Positions 26,430 to 39,748 of a DNA stretch of 64,000 nt are shown in pieces. The position numbers were made by a program, and so were the translations under genes. The DNA comes from Eledone cirrhosa (lineage: Eukaryota), in the NCBI GenBank assembly GCA_964016885.1, contig OZ024743.1, positions 219,418,001 through 219,482,000 on the forward strand. Reading direction: 5' to 3'. The notes beneath the pieces are model-generated. The model was not told where the DNA came from. It worked only from the letters and a program-made list of their open reading frames with translations, and ran no database searches. Every line of letters starts with the position of its first letter. The first letter of the stretch is position 1.

Positions 26430-27260
26430 ATGGTTTCTGATTTAAAAGCACAAGGCTAACAATTTTTGGGGAAAGGGAAAGTCAATTAAATCGATCTCAG
26501 TGCATTACTGCTACTTTATTTTATCGACCCTGTAAGGATGAAACGCAAATCTAACCTCGGTGGGATTTAAACTCAGAATATAAGGGCGATAACTCTATGC
26601 TGCAAATCATGTGGACTGACGCTCTAGCGATACCAGCAACAATAATTGTTTCTACTTTTGGCACAAGGCCAGCAATTATTCCAGTGTATTACTGGTACTT
26701 TTTATCGACCCCGTAAGGATGAAAGGCAAAGTTAACCTCGGCGGGATTTGAACTCAGACCATAAAGGGCCGTAACTCAGCAATAATAATAATTGTTTCTA
26801 CTTTTGGCACAAGGCCAGCAATTACACAGTTCATTCCTGGTACTTTATTTTATCGACCCAGTAAGGATGAAAGGCCAAGTTAACCTCGACGGGATTTGAA
26901 CTCAAACCGTAAAGGGACGTAACTATGCTGGAAAGCATGGCGTCCGACCCTCTACCGATACTGCTAATTCACCGCCCAATAATAATTGTTTCTACTTTAG
27001 GCACAAGGCCAGCAATTACCCAGTACATTACTGGTACTTTATTTTATCGACCCCGTAAGGATGAAAGACAAAGTTAACCTCGGCGGGATTTGAACTCAGA
27101 CTGTAAAGGGACGCAACTATGCTAGAAAGCATGGCGTCCAAACTTCTACCGATACTGCCAATTCACCAATAATAATTGTTTCTACGTTAGGCACAAGGCC
27201 AGCAATTATCCCAGTGCATTACTGGTACTTTATTTTTATCGATTCACCAATAATAATAAT
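26430..27260 (-). mobile_element. Head-to-tail array of ~5 tRNA-derived SINE copies
   Basis: Repeated tttctactt(t/a)ggcacaaggccagcaatt...actggtactttattttatcgaccccgtaaggatgaa...aacctcggcgggatttgaactc units separated by (AAT)n. Confidence 0.85.
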
Positions 27261-27267
27261 AGATTGT

Positions 27268-28346
27268 GGCACTACAACGCTATTAGCTGTCAGTCGTGAA
27301 AGCAGGCGAAGGTGACGTCATTCGTCATCGTTTATTTCCGTATTACTACCACCACGCGTAAGTGGAGTTTTCACGCGTTTTTATTATTTTTATTAAAGCA
27401 TATCGATGTAAGTGGAGTTACTTAAATCACAATATAGGTGGCCCTTAAAAGGGCCAAATTAGAAAACAAATTTAAGTTAATTAGAAAACAAGTCATGGTT
27501 ATCAAATAAATTGGATTTAATCATTTATATTTTCATAGTCATGGTTGTCAATGCAGAAAACAAGGCATTTTCACCAACAGTGGAGTTACTTCTGACAGCT
27601 AATTCCATGAACTATATTTTCATAGTCATGGTTATTAATGTAGAAAACAAGTCATTTTCACCAACAGTGGAGTTAACTTAAATGAAAATATAGGTAGCCC
27701 TTAAAAGAGCCAAATTAGAAAACAAATTTATGGTTATCAAATTTTTTTCACCAACCATTTATGAAGAAATGTTTAGAAAACAAATTTTTTTCACCAACCT
27801 TATTCAAAAGCATGGATACAGTCCCTATGGAGATTGATGGTATCTGCTGTAGTAGCAGTAGCGATGGAAAGATCGTGATGGTTAATTCCATTAACAATTT
27901 GGCCCTGAATTAACTGAATTAAAATTATGGCACTACAATGCTATTAGCTGTCAGTCCAGTGGAAAACAGGCGAAGGTGACGTCGCTCGTCAACATCGTTT
28001 ATTTCCGTATTACTACCACGCGTAAGTGGAGTTTTCACGCGTTTTTTTGAGAGAGAGAGAGAGGGAAGAGGAGAGATAGGGAAGAGAGAGAGAGGGAAGA
28101 CATAAAAGGGCCAAATTAGAAAACAAATAGAAAACAAGTCATGGTTATAAAGCATATCGATGTAAGTGGAGTTACTTAAATGAAAATATAGGTGGCCCTT
28201 TAAAGGGCCAAATTAGAAAACAAATTTAAGTTAATTAGAAAACAAGTCATGGTTATCAATGTAGTAAACAAGTCATTCATAAATTTAAGTTTTATAATCA
28301 AATTTTTTTCACCAACAAATATGACAGCTAATAGCGTTGTAGTGCC
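27268..28346. mobile_element. MITE/fold-back-type DNA element with 25-bp TIRs and internal duplications; partial copy at 58552-58761
   Basis: ggcactacaacgctattagctgtca at 27268 and its reverse complement at 28322-28346; a second left end at 27929. Confidence 0.75.
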
Positions 28347-28381
28347 CGCAATTCTGTATCTTTACGTATACTGCGCATAGA

Positions 28382-28680
28382 TACGAGGGTTGACAAAGAT
28401 ACTCTCATGGAATGTGACCAAATGAGGTTTATTTTTCAACATAGTCTCCCTTGCGTTCCACACACTTCTTCCATCGGTGTTGCAGTACTGAGATCAATGT
28501 TTTCCTCGGTAGTGGCAGTTGTAGGACGTCCAGACATTGGGTCATCTTCAAGAATCCCCTATCCTTTCCTAAATTCGGCTGCCCACTTTTGCACAAAGGA
28601 AAATTATGGTACAATATTGTAAGGTCTGCTTATAGCATTATCCATCTTTCAAAAATGAAGGTCCACATTTCGTCGACTTC
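28382..28680 (-). mobile_element. Mariner remnant with internal deletion
   Basis: TA-CGAGGG end; C-terminal LQHRWKKCVERKGDYVEK joined to an EDDP.SGRPTTAT linker in another frame. Confidence 0.75.
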
Positions 28681-29374
28681 AATACATTTTATTACATTTT
28701 ATTGTATTGTAAACATTAACTTTTATGGACATTTTATTAAAAAATTTCAATTTAGTTCGATTTTTTGGAATTTATTTAACAAACATGGAAAAATAAGAAA
28801 AAGAATAAAATAAAAAATAATTTGATTGCCTTTAATAAAGAAGATAAATAGAGTGGAACTGATTTCCAGGTCATACTAATGAAACAAGGTTTTTTCTATT
28901 ACTGATATTATCTGTCTGCCGCAAGTCCTGGTAGAAGATGCTACACAAACTAAAGTATTTTACTGAAGGACGCAACATGCTGCAGGATCGAAGAAACGAG
29001 CCCATGACTTTATAATGGTTAGTCCAGTACCGTAACCCCTAAGGCATGTGCCTTCACAGAGGAAAGGTAAATCATATTATAACAGATTAGATGGGTACTA
29101 TGTTAGATATTACTATGTGTCATATTATACCAAAGAGGAAGTGTGCTGTATAATAAACATTGATATCAGGTTGATTCAATAACTACCCGGTCCCAAATAT
29201 GAACCTATGAACTTATGGTCGTCAGTCAAACACTTTAACCATTGTATGTATGTATGTATGTATGTATGTATGTATACACGTATGGATGGATGTATGTGTG
29301 TATACATGTATATATGGATGGATGTATGCATGTATGTATACATGTATATATATAAGTATGTATGCGTGTATGAG

Positions 29375-31650
29375 AACAACTGAAAGGACTTCAGGAGCTC
29401 GGTCTATGAGGCTTCAGCAGAGGTCCTTGGCTTTGTCACAAGAAAACAAGGACTGGTTTGATGAGAATGACCAGGAGGTCAAGGCTCTGCTAGACAGAAA
29501 ACAAAAGGCACTTGATGCAGTTCTTAAAGGTGGTAGCTCGGTTGGTGACAATTATGAGCGTTACAGACAGGTAAAGAAGGAAGTGCAAGTGAAACTCAGG
29601 GCTATGCAAAATACCTGGTGGAGCAACAAAGCAGATGAAGTTCAAGTGGCATCTGATGGCAACAATGTGAAACTGCCGCACTTTCTACTCAGAGGTGTAT
29701 GGCCCTTTCAGCTCTCCAGTGGCCCCTTTGAGATCGAAAGATGGCAAGCAATTACTGCGCGACCCAAAAGACACTCGACAGATAGAGAGATCACTTTGAT
29801 GAGCTCTTAAACCAGCCATCCCAGGTTGATGATGATTTCATTTGTTCCATTCCTATTGAACCAGTGAAGCATATGAGATGGCTAATGTATCTTCTCTTGC
29901 AGAGGGGACTTCTGTTGTGCATAAGCTGAACTGTGGTAAGTCTCCTGGTATGGATGGTCTGAGTGGACCGGATTTGAAGTGTGGTGGTAAAAACTTCACG
30001 CAGCGCCTGACTGACCTCATGAAAATGGTGTGGGAAGATGAGAATGTCCCACAAGAAGGATGCGCTCATGGTGATTCTCCATAAAGGAAAGGACGGCAAG
30101 GACAAATGTGGCAATTATCATGTCATATCCCTTCTTTCAGTAGTTGGTAAAGTCGTGTCGAATATTGATGGATAGATTGATCCCAAGAGTTGCTCTGAAT
30201 GTGTTGCCTGAGTCGCAGTGTGGGTTCAGAAACGTAAGAGGAACAGTGGATATGATCGTTTCTGCTCGGCAGCTGCAAGAAAAGTATATAGAACAATGTA
30301 TGGACCTTTACCAGGTCTTTGTTGACTTGACAAGGGCCTTTGACACTGTCAATCGAACTGCGTTGTGGGAAAAAAATCCAAGGTAGGGTAGAAGATTCTG
30401 CATCTTTTCCATGATGACATGAAGGCTTTGATCAGTATTGGTGGTAGCATCTCTAAACCAATATCAGTTGAAAATGGAGTGAAGCAGGGGGACATTCCGG
30501 CTCCAATTCTGTTTTCCTTATAATTTACGATAGAGTTTCTCATGGCATTCAAATATTGTTCTCATGGGGTTTACATCAGGTATCGCACTTCAGAAAGGTT
30601 ATTCAACACCAGGCGCTTTGGTACAAGCACAAAGGTATTAACATCTATAATCCGAGAGTTTTTGTATGCAGACGACTGCGATCTTTTTGCACACTCACAA
30701 AGTGACATGCAGCATATTATGAACTCTTTTTTTGCAGCTTGCAGCACTTTGGGCGTCACAATAAGCTTGGAAAAGACTGTTGTGATGTATCAGCCAGTAC
30801 CTGGAAACGAGTACACTGCACCAAGTGTGTACGTGTACGGAAAGAGGCTAAAAGTTGCTGACAAGTTTGTTTACCTTGGTAGTACGTTGAACACTTCATG
30901 CACACATGATAATGAAATATCCTTAAGAATCAAGAAAGCCAGTGATGCTTTTGGACGGCTGCATCAATGTTTATGGTCCAGACGAGGTATCACTATCGAA
31001 ACCAAGGTGAAAGTGTATCTGACTTGTGTCGTCTCCTCTTTACTTTATGTTTGTGAAACGTGGGTCACATACAGAAAGCACCGCAAGGATCTGGAGAGAT
31101 TTCACCAACAATCTCTTCATAAGTTACTTGGGGTGTGGTGGAAAATGTTCGCCAGTGATTTGGAAGTTCTAGAACGGAGCAGGTGCGTGACTATAGAGAG
31201 CATAATCTTTCGGTATCGGTTGAGGTGGTGCAGTCACGTGGTCCGGATATCTGATGATCGTATTCCAAAGCAACTTCTCTATGGAGAACTGTGTGAAGGA
31301 AGGCGACCACCACATAAACCAAAAAGACGGTACCGGGACTGTATCAGGGGCACCTTGGCTTGTGCTGGAATTTCATCTGACGAATGGGAGAAAATGGCTG
31401 ACGAGCGTGTGAAGTGGAGACGTTTGATCAAGTCAGGTGGTGAACACTTTGAAACTCGTCGGAGAGAACACCTAACATTGAAAAGGAAGGTGAGGATTGA
31501 GACTGTTCTGAACTGCCTGCTGTTGAACATCATCTGGTTTGCCAGCACTGTGGTCGAGTCAGCCTGAGCAAAGCTGGTTTGATTAGACATGAACAAAGTC
31601 ATATCAGTAGACCTCGTGTAGATTATGATCTGAAAAGGTGTAAGAAATGT
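29375..31650 (+). mobile_element. RTE (BovB-like) LINE, 5'-truncated, disrupted
   Basis: DWFDEND, ESQCGFR..RGTVDMI..RQLQEK, FVDLTRAFDTV, FLYADDC, FVYLGS, RIPKQLLYGEL. Confidence 0.9.
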
Positions 31651-32699
31651 ACAAGCATGGGAACATACAGCCATAACAAAGCAATGGAAGGTTTTGGGGG
31701 AGCCTAAAGTTGCCATGTGTGTGCCAGAGGGTGCAAGTATTTGGCTGGTTTAAAGAGTCACATTTGTGCTTCACATTTTTGAACATTTTATCGGGCGATG
31801 GCAATACTTGAACACGAGTTTGCAGCCATCATGTAGTATGTATGTATGTATGTATGTATGTATGTATGTATGTATGTATGTATGTATGTATGTATGTATG
31901 CATGTATGTATGTCGGGTCACTCTTGAGTGCTATTGGTAACATGTAACCCAGTACAACCTGTCGCATGGTCGGGTCGTCGGCGACTAAACCGGCAACGCC
32001 ACCAAGTTTACTTGGTGAGGAGGGTGATTTTGGACACCCTGCAGGACAAAAAACAAAACCTGACAAAGGGCGGAAGATGTCTTAAGAGTCAACGGCCATC
32101 CAAAAGTGTGTAAATATGCATATACACATGTACATATGTATGTATATGTATATGCGTATATACATGGGTGCATGTGTATGTACATGCGCGGGGACATAGA
32201 AATAATCGGAGTGGACACCCGATTGCGCGGTTAAACCACTGGGAGTGAAGGACCCCTAGCCTTTGTCAGGGCATTCTTCTAGGAGAAGGCAACTCAGGAA
32301 ACTGGGATAACTCCGATATAAAACCAGAGAGTGGGATTGGCTCAGTGCACAGTCTTTCCTCATTTAAAAAAATATCTTCATGCAGAGGCATTGCACGATA
32401 GAATTAATTAATAATTATTAATAATGGTATATCGTGCAATGGTCATACTCGATAACGAGGGGGCAGCCATCATGTATGCATGCATGTGTGTATGTATGTA
32501 TGTGTATATATATGTGTGTGTGTGTGCGTACGTGTATATATATATGTGCATGTGGGTATGTATATATATATCTCCATATACATATTTATTCAGCTGATAT
32601 AGGCTGGATTGGTTGGAATATTCTGACGCGTATTCTTTCTGCTCTGTTAAATCGAAACAAATCTTGAATTTTTATTTGAGGTTTTCTATATAAGAGACC

Positions 32700-33335
32700 G
32701 GGAGACCATGTTGATACTATGAAGGCCATTTGTCCTAAGCCGCCTGGACTATTGCTCCCAGCTGTGGTCACCCCATAGTATCAAACTAACCACGGAACTT
32801 GAGACAATCCAACGAAGCTACACCAAGAGGATTGCACGATGAAGGAGATGAGCTACTGGGAGAGGCTAAAAGAACTGAAACTCTACTCCTTGGAACGAAG
32901 ACGGGAGAGATATGCAGTGATATACATATGGAAAATCCTGGAGGGACTAGCGCCAAACTTTGGTATTGAGAGCGGGACCAACCCCCGAACAGGACGTCAC
33001 TGTGTGGTGACAAAGGTCCCGTCTTCCACATCTAGAACAAGAAGCAGATATTGCAATAGACTGGGGTTCAAAGGCCCTCAACTCTTCAACAAACTGCTGA
33101 GGGATTTGAGAGATCTACATGGTGTGGCCGTGGATATTTTCAAGAAACTTCTCGACACCCTGTTATCCAGGATCCCGGATGAGCCCACATCACGGTACGA
33201 AGGTAACCTAAAGGCAGCAGCAACGAACTCCCTCTTACATGAATGGCCAGCCAACACAGGCTGGAGATAGAATGTGTAGCAACAAGGGCAGTGCCCAATC
33301 ATGGTCTCAGCCGGATGGCTGGAACAGCTAAAAGA
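32700..33335 (+). mobile_element. CR1-type LINE 3' fragment; inverted piece also at ~36520-36680
   Basis: SYWERLKELKLYSLERRRERY.VIYIWKILEG; homologous to the 3' end of ORF 48959-50020. Confidence 0.85.
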
Positions 33336-33564
33336 GTATATATATATATTTAATATAGAAATGGCTTCAACAGGACTAGAACCGTTTCATTCATCAAAAA
33401 AGCCAACTGTCAATGTAATATGGTGGTAGGGGAGGGTAGTAAATTGATGCTAAGTAGACAAACACATACACACTGACAGGTACTCCTAATTTTCAAGATT
33501 CATTTATTCCAAACAAAGGGTTTTCATTGAGTAGCAATATTAAAATGCTCTGCTAAAAGATATA

Positions 33565-33630
33565 AATATGTGTGTGTGTTTGTGTATGTGTGTGTGTGTT
33601 TGTGTATGTATATATATGTGTGTGTGTGTT

Positions 33631-33691
<61 letters not shown>

Positions 33692-33730
33692 TTGTGTATA
33701 TATATATATATATATGTGTGTGTTTGTGTG

Positions 33731-33765
<35 letters not shown>

Positions 33766-33804
33766 TTGTGTATATATATATATATATGTGTGTGTGTTTG
33801 TGTG

Positions 33805-33841
<37 letters not shown>

Positions 33842-33846
33842 TTGTG

Positions 33847-33881
<35 letters not shown>

Positions 33882-33882
33882 T

Positions 33883-33943
<61 letters not shown>

Positions 33944-34022
33944 TTGTGTATATATATATATATATATGTGTGTGTTTGTGTATATATATATATATATATA
34001 TGTGTGTGTGCGTGTGTGTGTT

Positions 34023-34067
<45 letters not shown>

Positions 34068-34110
34068 TTGTGTGTATATATATATATATATATATGTGTG
34101 TATGTGTGCA
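33565..34110. repeat. Compound (TA)n/(TG)n microsatellite
   Basis: Directly visible. Confidence 0.95.
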
Positions 34111-34259
34111 AATTTCAATAATATTAAGACACCCTATAGTGAAAAGTTTGGCCAATAAATGGAACAAGATTTTACGAACTCCTCCTATGGTTTTGGAGAT
34201 AGATCCCCCATAACCATATATATTCTGAAACTACATTGCCCAGGGTACTTGTATAAGTA

Positions 34260-34840
34260 TATTTCATTTTAATCAAGGGGTTCATCGGGGGCACAAAACC
34301 GCCGCTGAAACTTTACCTTCGATTTATATGCAATGTAAACCATAGGTAAATGACAAGATATGATGCCTATTCACAAAATTTCAGCAAATTTCAATAAAAT
34401 TAAAATACCCTAATGGGGGTTAAACCCCCTATTAGGGTTCACCGGTGGCACAAACCCCTGCTGAAAATCTTTTCAGTTCGATTTATATGCAATTTAAATC
34501 ATAGGTAAACGACAAGATATGATGCCTATTCACATCATTTCAGCAAATTTCAATAAAATTACAATACCTTAATGGGGGTTAAACCTCCTATTAGGGTTCA
34601 CCAGGGGGCACAAAATCCCCGCTGAAAATCTTTTCGGTTCGATTTATATGCAATTTAAACCATAGATAAATGAAGAGATATGATGCCTATTCACAAAATT
34701 TCAATACTATGACACCTTAATGGTGGTTAAACCCCCTATTAGGGTTCCCCGCGGGTACAAACCCCCGCTGAAAACTTTTCCCTTTCGATTTATATGAAAC
34801 TTAAACCATAAATGACAAGATATGATGCCTATTCACAAAA
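34260..34840. repeat. Tandem repeat, ~150-160-bp unit, about 4 copies
   Basis: ttcgatttatatg and gatatgatgcctattcac recur near 34318, 34477, 34638 and 34785. Confidence 0.85.
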
Positions 34841-35084
34841 GTTTTCAATTGATATTTAAAAAAAAATTATTTACAAGAAACAAAATAAGAATAAGATTTA
34901 ATAATGCAATTTTGATTTGATATATTACAAAAAATGATGTTTTCCAATTTTTCATGCATTATATTTTACATTGAGCAATATTGAGTTTTTCTCCATAAAT
35001 TATATCACTGATTTAAAATCAATCAATCATCAAGGCGCTGGTAATTCGGCTAGTATATATATATGTGAGTGTGTGTATATATAT

Positions 35085-36050
35085 GTGTGTGAGAGGTGTA
35101 GGTAGAAACTCCATCCTCTGCCCCATATGCAAACTATGGGTACACAAGAGATGTAGTGGGATCTCAGGAAGTTTAGTTAAGAATGTAGGCTTTACATGTA
35201 GCAGTTGCACCAGGACAGTAAGCAGCAAACAATCACTGAAAACAAGTGACATCAAAGTCTGGGAGGACTTGGTAAAAACAATACCGAATTAGCAGAGGAG
35301 GGGGGGGGGGTGTTCTGAAAGAACGGGATGGAAGAAGTTGATGGAGCTACTGCCACAGCTGGATACAAAAAGGCTTTTCCCTCATAATAAAAGGTAGACT
35401 GTATGATGTGTGCATATGAACGGCAATGTTGCATGGTAGTGAGAGCTGGGCGCTGTGTGTAGAAGACTTGCGTAGATTAGAAAGGAATGAAGCTTGTATG
35501 TTCCGATGGATGTGTAATAGTAATATACGCGAACAGTAAAGCATAAACAAACTGAAAGAGAAACTAGGCATAAGATGAATTAAATGTTGTGTGCAGGAGA
35601 GGAGATTATGTTGGTATGGACATGTGATTCATATGAAGGATGACAGCTACATAAAGTCCCAGAAAGACTTGAGATGAAGTGATAAAAGCCGACCTTGCCC
35701 AATTGCACCTCTGAAAGGCAATGCCACAGGACCAAGATCTCTGGCATTATGAGGTAATACAGAAACCCCAACTTCCCACGGGCCCAGGCCAAGGCTGAAA
35801 CATACATACAGTATGCACCACTCCATCCCACCCGCCAATATATCTTTCATGAGAACAGGCCGAAACACTGTAAAGTGGTCGTGATGGTGACACGGTAAAA
35901 AACACCCAGTCCACACTGTAAAGTAGTCGTGGAGGAATCACAACAAAAAACACCCAGTACTCACTGTAAATGAGCTTGGAATTAGGAAGGGCATCCAGCT
36001 GTAGAAACCAAGCCAAAATCAGTTCTTTATGAGCAAGACATGGTCACCTG
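35085..36050 (+). mobile_element. Old RTE LINE 3' portion with Cys/His finger
   Basis: GVGRNSILCPICKLWVHKRCSG; decayed post-RT region and 3'-UTR modules. Confidence 0.8.
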
Positions 36051-36061
36051 ACCTAACAATA

Positions 36062-36447
36062 GAAGGCACATGGCTCAGTGGTTAGAGCATTGGGCTTGCA
36101 ATTGAAAGGTTGTCAGTTTAATTCTCGGACCGGGTGATGTGTTGTTTCCTTGAGCAAGACACTTTATTTCACATTGCTCCAGTTTACTCAGCTGTAGAAA
36201 TGAGATGATAGGACTGGGGTCCCTATCATTCCACTGCAAAGTGGTCGTGGAGGTGCCACGGCAAAAAAACCCCAAAAAAACACCCAGCACTCACTGTAAA
36301 TGAGGTTGGTGTTAGGAAGGGCATCCAGCTGTAGAAATCAAGACAGAATCAGTTCCCGTATGAGCAAGAAAAAGTCAGCCGACCGGACACTGCCCACAAC
36401 AGGACAACCCATGCTAGTGTAGAAGAACTGACATAAAATGATGATGA
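36062..36447 (+). mobile_element. tRNA-derived SINE with RTE-type 3' tail
   Basis: TGGCTCAGTGGTTAGAGC head, CCTTGAGCAAGACACT core, ttaggaagggcatccagctgtagaaa module, (TGA)n end. Confidence 0.75.
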
Positions 36448-36680
36448 AATATAACAGAGTTTTATAGATTGCTTGAAGCATTGATGAATAGGAAACACAA
36501 ATTTAAATTTTGAAAACCAAGTTGAGGGCCTTTGAACCCCAGGCTATTGCAATAGCTGCTCCTGATTCTAGATGTGGAAGACGCGACTTTTGGTACCACA
36601 CAGTGACGTCCTGTTCGAGAATTGGTCCAGCTCTCAATGCGAAAGTTTGGTCTTAGTCCCCCCAGGATTTTCCATATGTA

Positions 36681-38081
36681 TCATCATCATCATCATCGTT
36701 TAACGTCCATATTCCACGCTCGCATGGGTTTGGACGGGAGTTTTCCCACTTGAGGCAAGAGTGGTTGTCTTGCTCGCATAGGACTGTCTGGCAGGTTTTC
36801 TACGGCTGGATGCCCTTCCTCACACCAACCACGTTTACAGTGTGGACTGGGAGGTTTTTACCGTGTTACCTACACGGCCACATTACAGTGTGGACTTTGT
36901 GTTTTTTTGTCATGACACCTACACGACCTCATTTGTTTCGGACTGGATGTTGTGGTACCAACATAACTTTACATTGAAAGGGGTGGTGTGGATGGGGTGG
37001 GGGTAGTGGGACGGGGTATATTTTTGTTAGAGGTGCCTACTGACTGTAGTAGGTTTCACTTTGAACTTAGGTAAGGCGGGTCTTCTGTATTACTGTGTAG
37101 CGCCAAAGATCTCGGTCCAGTGACATTGTCTTGGAGAGGTGTAAGTGTGTGAGGTCGGAATTTATCAAGTCGTCCCAGGTTTTTCTAGGTCTGCCTACTC
37201 CGTGGCTACCGTCTATTTTTATTGCCCTGCACTTTTTTATACAGCTGTCGTCTTTCATGCTCATCACGTGACCATACCAATGTAGTCTTCTCTCGAGTAA
37301 ACAACATCTGATCCCTCTTATTTCTAATTTTTCCCTTAGTTTGTTTATGCTTTGCCGTTCACATATATTACTATTACACATCCAGCGGAGCATGCAAGCT
37401 TCGTTCCTCTCCAGTCTGCGCATATCCTCTGCACACAATGCCCAGGTCTCACTGCCATGTAACATTGCTGTTCGCATGCAGGCATCATACAGCCTGCCTT
37501 TCATTTTTAGAGAGAACCCTTTAGCGGCTAATAGTGGTATAAGCTCTCTGAACTTTTTCCATCCAGTTCTGACTCTAGCTACTGTACTTTCAGAGCACCC
37601 TCCACCACTGCTGATTTTGTCACCCAAGTAACGGAAGGTGTCCACTATTTCTATAGAACCATTTGTGCAATGGAATGAGCTAGTATTCTGTGGGCACTTG
37701 CTGCTACTTATTGCACCAGAGCACCGGCCACATATAAAATCTATATTCTTAGTTAGCTTACCTGTGATCCCACTACATCTTTTATGCACCCATACTTTGC
37801 ATTTGGGACATAAAATGGAGTTTCTACCTATTCCTTTCCTACACACTGAGCATGGCCATTTCCCGGATGGGACCGGTGCCCTATTTTCCTTCCTACAAAC
37901 TAGAACTTTAGTCTTAGACAGGTTAATTTTAAGGCCTTTTGATTCTAGGCCATGCTTGGAATTTCTTCTCTAGTTCAGCCATTAGCGTTAGATCATCTGT
38001 GTATAGGAGTTCCCATGGGCAGCCGGTCTTGAACTCCACTGTTATAGCCTGAAGGGCAATAATAAATAGTAGGGGGCTAAG
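36681..38081 (-). mobile_element. RTE LINE, 5'-truncated (same family as 51689-55016)
   Basis: ORF 37067-37846 is nearly identical to the 53730-54500 region; 3' UTR and (TGA)n tail present. Confidence 0.92.
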
Positions 38082-38176
38082 CAATGTGAAGTAAAGTGTC
38101 TTGCGCAAGGAAACAACACATCACCCGGTGTGAGAATTGAACTCACAACCTTTCGATTGCAAGGCCAAAGCTCTCA

Positions 38177-38220
<44 letters not shown>

Positions 38221-38299
38221 TAGTGTGTGCGTGCGCGTGTGTGCGCGCGTGCGTGTGTGTGCGCGTGCGTGTGGGTGTGTGTGTACGTGTGTGTACGTG

Positions 38300-38333
<34 letters not shown>

Positions 38334-38335
38334 GT

Positions 38336-38932
38336 AATAATAATAATACATATGAAGACTAAAATCCAAAGAGGGCTCGATAAGGATAAATATATATCAA
38401 ATATATAAGAACCGTAGAGCAAATATTTATTAAAATAACAGATTAAAGTTTAAGCAAAGAATCGGCTGGTTTCACCCTTAATGGGATCTTCTGAAACTAA
38501 AAAAAAAAAAAAAAAAAAAAAATCAATCTGTGAATGCAGAAGTAAATATTTCGAAAAACGTTGCAACCAAAGGAAGACAAGAAGGTAATACTTTGGTTCG
38601 TGGAGACGTAGTTTTAGGTATTTCTTCCTGCTTGGTACGGGTATGTTCTTTGTAGAAATATTCAGATGTTATTTCTGCATGATGAATATAAGTCAATAGA
38701 GTACTCAATCAAGGGAACCAAATAGGAATAATAATAAATTTGAAGACTAACATCCAAAGAGGGCTCGATAAGGATAAATATATATCAAATATATAAGAAC
38801 CGTAGAGCAAATATTTATTAAAATAACAGATTAAAGTTTAAGCAATGAATCGGCTGCTTTCACCCTTAATGGGATCATCTGAAACTAAAAAAAAAAAAAA
38901 AATCAATCTGTGAACGCAGCAGTAAATATTTC
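38336..38932 (-). repeat. Direct repeat pair (~210 bp, 388-bp period), each copy carrying a hammerhead-like motif
   Basis: 38336-38552 matches 38727-38932; minus strand at 38835-38886 reads agttt CAGATGA t-ccc-attaa-ggg-t GAAA gca-N10-tgc TT aaact, with a similar motif at 38447-38498; AATAAA downstream. Confidence 0.75.
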
Positions 38933-39289
38933 TAAGCCGACCTTTCCCAATTGCACCTCTCAAGGGCAATGACACACGACCATGACATCACACAGTAATA
39001 CAGAAGACCCGACTTTCCACAGGAACATATAGACAATATTTGTTTTCCTTTGTTTTTTTATGTCCTATCAAATAATCCGACCTCCAAAATGCTTGCAATT
39101 GACTATTTTTTTAGCATATTAACAACAAATATGATTTCCATTGCAATTAAAAATGACTAGCTTTGTGAATGGTTTTTCCACCCACTTTCTGCCTTCATTT
39201 TTCTACAAAGCTAATCATTGACAATAGGTTTCAAATTTATATTCATTCATAATATGTGAAAAAATTAGTCAACTGCAAGCATTGGTGTG

Positions 39290-39709
39290 ATATAAATGGT
39301 AGGAGTAGGTGTTCTGTAATAAATTTACCATATGGTGAAGTATGGTTATGGTGAAGTATATGGTGTGGATTGGGGTAGATTAATGTGCTGTGGTGTGCTT
39401 TGTTATAAGTGAGGATTTAAATTTCCACTTTGATTTATGTTAGAAAAAAAATTTTTCCTTCATTTTTGCATGTGCTATCAACTTCCAAGATGCTCGCAGT
39501 GGACTATGCTTTTAGCATATTAACAAAAAATATGACTTCTGCTGCAATAAAAAATGACTAGCTTTGTAAATGGTATTTCCACCCACATCCTCCCTCTTTT
39601 TTCTACAATGCTAGTCATTTTCATCAGGTTTCCATGTCATAACAATTGATAATATGTGCATAAAATAGTAATTTGCGAGCACCATTTATGTCAAATTGAG
39701 TGGTAAGCA

Positions 39710-39748
<39 letters not shown>

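Noticed and set aside
31915-32110. HDV-like ribozyme in a GC-rich structured repeat
   Set aside because: Hairpins are visible, but the nested double pseudoknot could not be assigned by eye; needs an RNAMotif/Infernal search.
33524-34213. Long YI/HT/CV-rich ORFs here and at 777-1548, 16067-16672, 20625-21799, 24306-24533, 45869-46341 and 57469-57978
   Set aside because: Translations of (TA)n/(TG)n microsatellites, which lack stop codons.
39585-39630. Hammerhead in the 880-bp tandem unit (minus-strand CTGATGA…GAAA)
   Set aside because: Stem II is offset from GAAA, and no stem III/UH or stem I can be formed.
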